Shown here piece after piece: positions 1 to 8,177 of a stretch of 30,568 nt of DNA (positions are counted from its first letter, which is position 1; each line of letters opens with the position of its first letter). The notes beneath the pieces are model-generated. The model did not search any database. It had not been told where the DNA came from and worked only from the letters and a program-made list of their open reading frames with translations. The position numbers and the translations under genes are program-made. Source of the stretch: Tubiluchus corallicola (lineage: Eukaryota; Animalia; Priapulida); NCBI GenBank assembly GCA_030141605.1, contig JAQGDQ010002456.1, positions 1-30,568 of the forward strand, given 5' to 3'.

Positions 1-1781
1 GGGGATAAGCTCCTAAAAGCTGGCGGTATCGTTGTGTTTGAGGATGGTGTTGCGGATGATCTATTTGGGATGATAAAGGGGCTTGATGCTTCCATAAGCT
101 TTATATTTGAGAGTGATTTGGAGGCTTTTTTACAAACCTTTTCTTCAGGAGACGATAGCCGTATTGATGATGATATATTTCAGTTTGCAAAGGTCTATAC
201 AAAACTTGGTAAAGACAACAAATCTTTGAGAGTTGTGACGCTTAAAGAGGAGCGCAAAGTTCTTCAGATCGCTATTGAAGAGGAGAAGACGATACTTGAA
301 GAGTTGTCGGAAGAGCTCAAACTCCTAAAAGAGACTCTCAAGAACACTATTCGGTTGATGGATGACGAATATACGTCAAAAAATGATTTGGAAAAACGTG
401 CGGCATCTCTCCAAACCGCTGCAAAAAACCTTGCTGTCGATGACAATCGCCATGCAAAAAAACTCGAAACGATAAAGAGAGAGTTAACTCTAAATGGCGA
501 CTATCAAAAAGGTGTAGATGCAAAACTTGAGAAGGTGCAAGCATCCCTTAACGAATGGTCAAAGGATCACAAGAGTTTTGATGAAGAGAAGGGCGAGATA
601 ATAAAGAGGTTGGAGGATCACAGAGAGCTGTATGAAGCTTCAAAAGAGGAGGGCTATCAATTGAAGTCGTCCTTAAAGGTGGTGGAAGAACAGACCCTGT
701 CGATGACAAGGGAGCTAAAAAGGGTTTGTGAGGAGATTGCTTCTGCGGTATCTGCTCTTGAGAGATTGCGCGCGGTAGAGGATAGACTTACTGATAACGC
801 AATAAAGAGCAAAGAGGATGAGCTCAACAAGAGCAAAGACGCGCTGCAAGAGCACTCTTATGACAAGATGAAGCTGCTTGAAGAGTTGAGTTTCATTGAG
901 CAAAATAGAGAATGAAAAGATAGAAGCCGATAGGATCAAAAAACAACTGAATGACGGCAACAACAAGCTGAAATTATTGGCATCGGGCATAGCAGAGATG
1001 GATGTTAAGAGATCAAAGATACAGTCCGATATTGCAAATCATTTGAGCCGTTTTTTTGAGAAGTACAGAATAGCTTTAGAAGGTATCTATCTGGATTATC
1101 CTTTGAGTGAAGGGATGAGCGAGCGTCAGACCCGTTTGAAGCTGAACGGAGTTGTGGAAAAGATCGAAAACCTAGGACCTCTCAATATGGCTGCGGATCA
1201 GGAGTATGCGGAAGTGCTTGAGCGCTATGACTTCTTAACTGCTCAAAAGAGGGATTTGGAAGAGTCAGTTGAGACGATAAAGGAGATGATTTACAATATA
1301 GATGAGAACACTGCTGAGATGTTTTTACAGACATTTAATTCTGTTCGTGAAAAGTTCCTTCATGTGTTCAGGATACTATTCGGAGATGGTGAAGCAGACC
1401 TAAAGCTCAGCGATCCGTCTGACATACTGAGTAGTGGGGTTGATATATACGTGCAACCTCCGGGCAAGAAGCTGCAAAATAAAGAGCTGCTATCTGGGGG
1501 TGAAAAAACCTTGGCCGCTTTGACCCTTCTGTTTGCACTGTTTCTAGAAGCCGAGCCCTTTCTGTTTTTTGGACGAAGTGGATGCGGCTCTTGATGATGC
1601 CAACGTCGATAGGTTTGCCAAAATGGTCGCGGAACTTGCCAGAGATACTCAATTTATTGTAATAACTCACAACTACAGAACCATGGCTTCTGCTGATTTC
1701 CTCTACGGAGTTTCCATGCAGGAGGCTGGAGTGTCTAAGCTTTTCTCCGTGAAGCTTGATGATGCTCACTCCATATTATAA
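1..1781 (+). CDS. smc: Chromosome segregation ATPase SMC, 3' part (5'-truncated by window; split by two frameshifts near ~903 and ~1547)
   Basis: Frame is open from base 1. Long coiled coil, then [18 protein letters not shown] signature LSGGEK, Walker B/D-loop (KPSPFCFL)DEVDAALD and H-loop ITH, spread over ORFs 34..915, 896..1594 and 1569..1781. Followed by ftsY, a common arrangement. Confidence 0.95.
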
Positions 1782-1798
1782 ATATTAAGGTGTTAGAG

Positions 1799-2756
1799 AT
1801 GACAGAAGATAAAGCAAATAATGGCGGTATGTTCTCCCTATTTAAGAAGGGGTTAAATAAAACCGGAAGCAAGCTCACTCGGAGCATAGGCAATGTGCTG
1901 CCTGGGAAGAAGAGCATAGACTCAAATATTGTGGAGCAGTTGGAAGAGGTACTTATTTCATCAGACATAGGTGTAAGGGCGACCACGGATATTGTGGAAC
2001 ACTTGGAAAACTCCCTGAAAAGGAGCGAGTTGAACAGTGTTGATGATGTCTATGCAGGTATCAAATCTTATATGATAGATGCGTTGGATGCACCCATATC
2101 CAATGATGAAGAGATCACCGCTTCACCACATGTTATATTGGTGGTGGGGGTAAACGGCGGCGGAAAGACCACCAGCATAGCAAAGCTTGCACATCACTTC
2201 AAATCAAACGGCAAAAGTGTGCTCCTTGCAGCAGGAGATACCTATAGCGGCAGATACCCAGCTCAGCATCTGGGCGGATAGGTTGGATGTCCTAGTAATG
2301 CAGGGTGACGGCAGTGACGCCGCTTCTGTTATATATGATGCTGTAGTATCTGCAAAATCCAAAAATATCGACATAGTCCTGTGCGATACTGCAGGTAGAC
2401 TCCACACAAAGAAAAACCTTATGGATGAACTTGCCAAAATAGTGCGGGTAATCAAGAAAGAGATACCCGAAGCTCCCCACGAAGTGTTGGTAACTCTAGA
2501 TGCCTCAGGTGGGCAAAACTCTGTAACACAGGCAAAGGTGTTTGGCGAGATCTGCAAGGTCACCGGAGCAATTCTTACAAAACTGGATGGCACTGCCAAG
2601 GGAGGGGTTGCCGTATCTGTGGCCAAAGACCTCAATATTCCGATAAAATATGTGGGTTTTGGGGAGACTTTGGAAGATTTGCAGCAATTTGATTCAAGAG
2701 TATTCGTGGAGGCGATATTTGACCAAGATGAAGATAATAGATATAAGCAACGCTGA
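1799..2756 (+). CDS. ftsY: Signal recognition particle receptor FtsY (frameshift at ~2246)
   Basis: GVNGGGKTT P-loop and AAGDTY in ORF 1790..2281. DTAGR, TKLDGTAKGG and GFGE in ORF 2187..2756. The DT(F/Y)RAAA motif is broken by an apparent ~5-nt deletion. ATG at 1799 follows AAGGTG. Confidence 0.95.
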
Positions 2757-3570
2757 TGTCAGTTCCTTCAACTGGTACTTTGATGATGAGAAGATAAATT
2801 CTTTGATCCCTCCCATGATAGCTGATATTGACGGCTCGCTCTTCAGGTTGAGCTCATTCACGTCGTCTGCGGGCAGGGGCGTGTTAAATGACGGTATTAC
2901 AAGATTTGCCGATGCACTCAATTTCTCTACGGGGCTATTTTTGAATAAAACCATCAATATGGTGGAGCTTGCAAATATCTCGACAATTGTGAAGAAGTTT
3001 GCCATTCGCGTCGAAGAGGTTGATATATTTAACGCCCTCAACATCAGAAGCGATAAGCTCGCCCTGCTTGAAAGGGTTCCCGATTTGCCGCAAGCGTTAA
3101 AGGAGTTTATAGTTGCAAAAGATATCCCCTTTAAGACCGTGAAGTTGCTCCTTATGGATGAAAGGATATTGTCCATCGGGGCAGGTTTTTTGTGCACTGA
3201 GGAGATTGATGCGACGTCTGGCAAGCCCTTGAGAAGAAAACCCTCTTTTCAGGAGTTTAAAAAGTTTGTAGAATTTCTAACCGATAATCTTGCCCATATC
3301 GAGGTAAATTCCTTTGATCAAGAGTATTTTGAAAACTTCACAACCCCATCTGCAAAGTTGCGGAAGGAGTTTGAGGATAAGTTCAGGAGTTTGGTAAAGG
3401 AGAGCGGGCATGACATACACTCCAAAAGCAGCTTTGAGACCGATGAGCTCAGTTTGCTGTTGAAGTTCAGTTCAGAGGAGAGCTATAAGGATAGAGTGGA
3501 AGAGTTGCAAGGAGCTTCAAAGATTATTGAAAAAATATTTGCGTTGATGAAAGAATATGATCTACGTTGA
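2728..3570 (+). CDS. Hypothetical protein with degenerate ParB-like HTH and C-terminal regions
   Basis: ATG at 2728 overlaps the ftsY end and the stop overlaps the next gene. INMVELA resembles ParB LNPIEEA, LPQALKEFIVAKDIPFKTVKLLL resembles the post-HTH LPxxVQxxIxxGxIS segment, and FETDELSLLLKFSSEESY resembles the C-terminal dimerisation region. No GxRR motif. The CDS is well supported; the family call is by eye. Confidence 0.6.
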   Translation: MKIIDISNADVSSFNWYFDDEKINSLIPPMIADIDGSLFRLSSFTSSAGRGVLNDGITRFADALNFSTGLFLNKTINMVELANISTIVKKFAIRVEEVDIFNALNIRSDKLALLERVPDLPQALKEFIVAKDIPFKTVKLLLMDERILSIGAGFLCTEEIDATSGKPLRRKPSFQEFKKFVEFLTDNLAHIEVNSFDQEYFENFTTPSAKLRKEFEDKFRSLVKESGHDIHSKSSFETDELSLLLKFSSEESYKDRVEELQGASKIIEKIFALMKEYDLR

Positions 3571-4603
3571 GAAGGGTGCACTTGGTTCAATACCCCACGG
3601 GATGTTGGATAGCGCCGGTTTGTCTTATACCGTCGTTGACGATGGCTTTGCCGTCCATGACAACAAGAGCAATATCCTTTTGACAACATCGAACGGAAAC
3701 GAGAATATCTTGGACAAATGTCCTGCCACTACTGTTTATAGGTGTTGTAACTACAATGTTGTCAATATCATGGAAGGGTGTCCGTACAACTGTTCTTACT
3801 GTATACTTCAGGAGTATTTGAGCCATTCATATATAAAGGTTTACAGCGACATAGATCGGCTAAAGTCCCTGATTGCAGATAGAGCAAGGGAGACGGACGG
3901 ACTGTTTAGGCTGGGCACCGGAGAGCTGTGCGATAGCTTGGCCCTTGATCATATATTCCCCTTTAGTGCATATTTTGCAAATATTGTGGGTGAGCTTGAC
4001 AATGTCCTTTTTGAATTGAAAACAAAATCTGCAAATATTACAAATCTGCTGAAGGTCAATCCTAGAAATATGATGGTCTCCTTTAGCGTAAATCCTGAAG
4101 AGATTGTGAATAGCGAGGAGTTTGGCACGAGCTCCGTTGAAGCGAGAATCAAAGCTGCAGCGACCGCCGCTGCGCATGGCTTCAAGGTGGGGTTTCACTT
4201 TGATCCGCTGATATATTATGATAACTGGGAAGAGGGGTATAAAAAACTTATTCATCAACTGGTCAATGGGGTGGATGAAGAGTCGATCGCATATATATCT
4301 GTTTCTACATTCAGATATATGCCAAAGCTTATGGATACCATAAGGCACAACTTCTTAGGAAGCCATCTGCTTTCTGGCGATTATGTCAAGTGTTTGGATG
4401 GAAAGATGAGATACTTCAAACCTCTGCGTGTGCGGATGTTGAGAGAGGTGACATCTATGTTGAGACACCACTGGCAAAACGTCTTCATATACTACTGCAT
4501 GGAGCACGCATCCGTGTGGGAAAAGATCATGAACTATGATCCAGGGGATAGGGAAGAGTTTGAACAATATTTTTGCAATAAACAACTTGGGGGCAAGAGA
4601 TGA
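3557..4603 (+). CDS. Radical SAM protein, spore photoproduct lyase (SplB)-like family
   Basis: CPYNCSYCILQ (CxxxCxxC), ELKTKSANI, SFSVNP, SSVEARI.AA, GFKVGFHFDP, GKMRY and YYCME match SPL-family architecture. Confidence 0.88.
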   Translation: MIYVEKGALGSIPHGMLDSAGLSYTVVDDGFAVHDNKSNILLTTSNGNENILDKCPATTVYRCCNYNVVNIMEGCPYNCSYCILQEYLSHSYIKVYSDIDRLKSLIADRARETDGLFRLGTGELCDSLALDHIFPFSAYFANIVGELDNVLFELKTKSANITNLLKVNPRNMMVSFSVNPEEIVNSEEFGTSSVEARIKAAATAAAHGFKVGFHFDPLIYYDNWEEGYKKLIHQLVNGVDEESIAYISVSTFRYMPKLMDTIRHNFLGSHLLSGDYVKCLDGKMRYFKPLRVRMLREVTSMLRHHWQNVFIYYCMEHASVWEKIMNYDPGDREEFEQYFCNKQLGGKR

Positions 4604-5813
4604 TTAGAGGTTCCGTAATAGCCATAGGTAGCGAACTTTTGGAGGGAGCATACAGGATACGAATAGTTCGAGCATCTGTTCCAAACTCCGCTCCATGGGC
4701 GTTAAGATGGAGAGTGTTGTTATTGTACCTGATGTATCTGAGCTGATAGTTGAGGCTTTTGAAAAACATATCAGGGATTATGACATAACCTTAACAACGG
4801 GTGGTCTTGGCCCCACATTTGACGATATTACGGCAGAGTGTGCGGCTTTGAGCGTAGGGGTTGCAACGGAGAAGAATGAAACGGCTTATGCTCACCTTGA
4901 AAAGCGACTGTCTAAGATAAATGTCGAGATTGCAGACGGTCACATAAGGCAGACCTATCTTCCCAAGGGTTGTGAGCTGTTTCCCAATGATATGGGTACT
5001 GCGTACGGCTTTGGCGTAAGTATGGATGGGAAGTATATCATTGCTATGCCGGGTGTTCCGCATGAGATGTATATGATGTTTGACAAGTATGTGGCGCCCT
5101 TTGTTTCGGACAGATTTAGTTTGCCGAAGAGATATTCAAAGGATCTGCACTTTTTTGGCGTATCGGAATCGTATTCTGATGATGTGCTGAAGAAGCTGAT
5201 GATGCCAAACGATGTGGAATGTATTATTAATTCCAGCAAGGGCGAGGTGATTATCCGTCTTCGGGGCTATTCTGACAATGTGGATATATTTGCAGGCAAA
5301 CTTGTCGATTATTTAAGGGACTACTACGTAGGTGACGGCACATCAACATTGAGATCTCAAGTGACATCCCTGTTGCGTATGAAGGGATTGAGAGTGGCTT
5401 TTGCAGAGAGCTGCACCGGTGGATATATAGGACAGGAGATAACATCGGTTGATGGCGCCTCAGAGGTATTTAATGGAAGCTCCGTGGTTTATAGCAACGA
5501 TTCCAAGATAAATGTTTTGAACGTTGATAAAGGGCTCATAGACAAATACGGTGCGGTGAGCTGTGAGTGTGCCGAGAGTATGGCTGTAAATGTGGCGAAT
5601 TTATACAATGCGGACATCGGTTTAAGCGTAACGGGAATCGCAGGGCCAACCGGAGGAAGCGAAGATAAGCCCGTGGGAACGGTCATATTTTCCATATACT
5701 ACAACGGCAAAACCACAACGCACAGAAAACAGCTCGCAGGAGACAGAAACAGCATAAGGGCAAGAAGCGCAAACATAGCCTTAGATCTTATACGTAACCT
5801 TTTAACTGTTTAA
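4600..5813 (+). CDS. cinA: CinA-family protein (MoCF-like N-terminal domain + NMN deamidase PncC domain); frameshift at ~4647
   Basis: ATG 4600 overlaps the upstream TGA and reads MIRGSVIAIGSELLEG. IQDTNS continues in the frame of ORF 4695..5813, which carries TGGLGPTFDDIT, MPGVPHEM, AESCTGG and TGIAGPTGG. Confidence 0.93.
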
Positions 5814-5908
5814 AGATTCTACAAGGTTCAGTTCTTTGCGGGACTGAAACGGTTGCCCGCTGGCTAGTCATGCGGTTTAAAGATTCTTCAAGGTTCAGTT
5901 CTTTGTGG
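5808..5908. repeat. Two 34-bp direct repeats (32/34 identical) separated by 33 bp
   Basis: 5808-5841 GTTTAAAGATTCTACAAGGTTCAGTTCTTTGCGG and 5875-5908 GTTTAAAGATTCTTCAAGGTTCAGTTCTTTGTGG. Confidence 0.92.
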
Positions 5909-6560
5909 TCTCTATGTATGTCACGATATTCTTTGCAATGGTTTTGATCGTGTTTTCAAACTTTTTCACATCATTTTCGAGCAGGGTCATACGAAAGCCC
6001 TGCAGGTTTGTGAAGAAGGAGCTTAGCGGTACAACACAGATCCCGGCAGAGCCCAAAAGATAATAGGCAAACCTTTTATCCTTTTCTACAGCAGCGCCCT
6101 TTAAGAGGCCCTCTATATGTAGCCTGACCTCTTTGTTCTCTATAGTCAACGATTGTGTGTCGTTCATTACGGCATCATTGAAGACCACTGTGTGATAAAA
6201 CGAACCGTTTGCCCTGTTTGCAACGATGTAGGGCACATCCTTGAAGACGTTGTAGGCAATGTCCGCCAGCTTTTCATAATGTTTCTTCCTATTTGCAAGA
6301 AATCCGGCGTAATTGGGGTTGCTTAAAAGCTTCGGTATTGCCATCTGTGGCAGGGTGGTGGAACATACTTCTGACATTTTTTGCTGGTACACGGCGTTGA
6401 TCCATCTGTCAAACTCCGGATATTTGCCGGCGTTGTATATCTCTATCCAGCCGCACCGTCCTCCTGGCCACGGCACCTCTTTTGACAAACTCTTCATGCT
6501 AATGCCCGGAACATCCCCTATGACGTCGCACAACTTAGCTGTCTTCACATCATTAAAGAC
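5895..6560 (-). pseudogene. C-terminal half of a class I/II PLP-dependent aminotransferase (N-terminal half absent; junction approximate)
   Basis: aa ~148-368 of ORF 5895..7001: SLSKEVPWPGGRCGW (PLP lysine motif), GSFY, GICVVPLSSF, GFRMTLL. No NPxNP or DExY motif upstream. Confidence 0.85.
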
Positions 6561-7001
6561 ATTTGAGAAACGCTTAAAACACGCTCCAGCAGTTACGTAG
6601 GAATATTGAGGATATAGACTCATCAAGAACAGATTTTCAACCTCATTTAAGTCAATATTACTCATATTTTCCATTATATCTTCGATGTAAGGAGTAAAAT
6701 AGGACATACCGATAAACACATCCAATGATCTGCCCCGGTGGACTTCACAGATATTAGAAATCTTACTCCCAAGAGAGGAGATATAACCCACCTGAGGAGA
6801 GCCACCGCCCATGCGGAGGTATTTAGGTATAACCTTCTTTGCTCTCCGTTTGGCAATAATTTTTGCCAAAACCTTTTGCAGATGACCCCCAACACGAAAA
6901 TTTATGATATCCCTGTCAGAGAAAAGGTTATACAAGAACGTCTCCACAGAGAGCTTTATCCGGGCCACCGATGTAGAGCAGAAACAGGATATCCTTTTCA
7001 T
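6561..7001 (-). pseudogene. hemH: N-terminal half of ferrochelatase (C-terminal half absent; frameshift near ~6953)
   Basis: FLYNLFSDRDII, Y..MGGGSP, GMSYFTPYIED and LYPQYS..T in ORF 5895..7001. The N-terminal DILFLLYIGGPDK motif lies in another frame. Start overlaps the hemE stop. Confidence 0.88.
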
Positions 7002-8011
7002 GCATCTCCTTTGATCAGATCCACAAGGTATTTCACATTGTCAACCGGAGTTTCCGGCAATATCCCATGACCTAAATTGAATATGTGAGATCTCAACGAT
7101 CTGCCTTCGGATACTATCCTCATCACGTCCTGTTTTATCGTCTCTTTGCTGGCAAAAAGCTTTGCAGGATCCATATTGCCCTGTAGGGGAAATCTATTGT
7201 TCAGTAGAGAATCGGCCTTCTTGAGCTCTATTTTCCAATCAACTCCGATGCAGGATACATTCAAGTTTTGGATAGTGTCATAAAATGGGGAGCTGTCTTT
7301 TGGGAAATAGACCACATGGGCCAATCCTTTTAGCTCGTCACATATTGCAGAAACGTATGGATATACAAACTTATTATAATCTTGCGTACTTAAGATCCCA
7401 GCCCATGTATCAAAAATCTGTACAACGCTGCAGCCTGCGGCAATTTGAGCTTTGAGATATGACAGCGTCGATTCGCTGAGTTTATTCATAAGACTTGCAT
7501 AAGCCTTCTCATCACCGTACATCAGCCGCTTTACCTCCAGGAAGTTTTTGGAGCTGCTTCCTCCGGTAACGTAACAGGCGACAGTGAACGGAGAGCCTGC
7601 AAACCCTATCAGGGGCACATTCAACTCCTTTACCAGGAGCTTTACAGCATCTATCACAAAAGGAACATCCCTCTCAGGCTTTAGAATATTGAGCTTATCG
7701 ACATCATCCATATTCTTGACGGGGCTGTTTATCACAGGAGCTGGATTAAACTCCAAAGACACTCCCATGGCTTCCACGGGTATAAGGATATCTGAAAAGA
7801 GTATCGCAGCATCAAATCCAAAAGCGTTGATGGGCTGCAACGTCACATCCCTGGCGAGCTCCGGATTTTTGCACAGTTGGAGGAATGGAATTTTTTTCCG
7901 AATAGCTCGGTACTCCTCCATATACCTACCCGCTTGCCTCATGAGCCACACCGGGGGACGACTCACTTTTTTCCCTTCCAGACAGTCCATCATCAAATTG
8001 TTAAATGCCAT
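6998..8011 (-). CDS. hemE: Uroporphyrinogen decarboxylase
   Basis: PVWLMRQAGRY, DAAILFSDIL, IGFAGSPFT, QIFDTWAG, LQGNMDP, HIFNLGHGI. Confidence 0.98.
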   Translation of the reverse strand: MAFNNLMMDCLEGKKVSRPPVWLMRQAGRYMEEYRAIRKKIPFLQLCKNPELARDVTLQPINAFGFDAAILFSDILIPVEAMGVSLEFNPAPVINSPVKNMDDVDKLNILKPERDVPFVIDAVKLLVKELNVPLIGFAGSPFTVACYVTGGSSSKNFLEVKRLMYGDEKAYASLMNKLSESTLSYLKAQIAAGCSVVQIFDTWAGILSTQDYNKFVYPYVSAICDELKGLAHVVYFPKDSSPFYDTIQNLNVSCIGVDWKIELKKADSLLNNRFPLQGNMDPAKLFASKETIKQDVMRIVSEGRSLRSHIFNLGHGILPETPVDNVKYLVDLIKGDA

Positions 8012-8051
8012 GATTATATCCTTGTTTTTTAAGTTTTTTGATATTATATAC

Positions 8052-8063
8052 TACGTTAACGTA
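8052..8063. promoter_or_regulatory. Perfect 12-bp palindrome in the divergent hemE/serA promoter region (candidate operator)
   Basis: TACGTTAACGTA. It lies between a possible -35 TTGATA (8038-8043) and -10 TAAATT (8062-8067) for serA. Confidence 0.4.
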
Positions 8064-8077
8064 AATTATTCAATACA

Positions 8078-8160
8078 ATAACTCACAAGCTCCGAAGGCT
8101 TTTGAAGCCATCGTTTTGGGTTTGTGACTTATCTGTTTTTTTTTAAAAAAACAAATAAAG
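8078..8160 (+). promoter_or_regulatory. Structured 5' leader of serA (long hairpin followed by T9; candidate attenuator)
   Basis: Nested pairings ATAA/TTAT, TCACAAGCTC/GGGTTTGTGA (two G-U pairs), CGA/TCG and GGCTT/AAGCC, followed by CTG-T9-A7. Confidence 0.5.
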
Positions 8161-8177
8161 TATCGAGGGTGATAGTG

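Noticed and set aside
896-4660. Programmed ribosomal frameshifting in smc, ftsY or cinA
   Set aside because: No consistent slippery motif, the shifts differ in size, and conserved residues are physically missing in ftsY. Sequencing error is the simpler explanation.
5808-5908. Calling the repeat pair a CRISPR array
   Set aside because: Only two imperfect copies, both overlapping coding 3' ends, with no leader and no cas gene in the window. Kept as a direct repeat.
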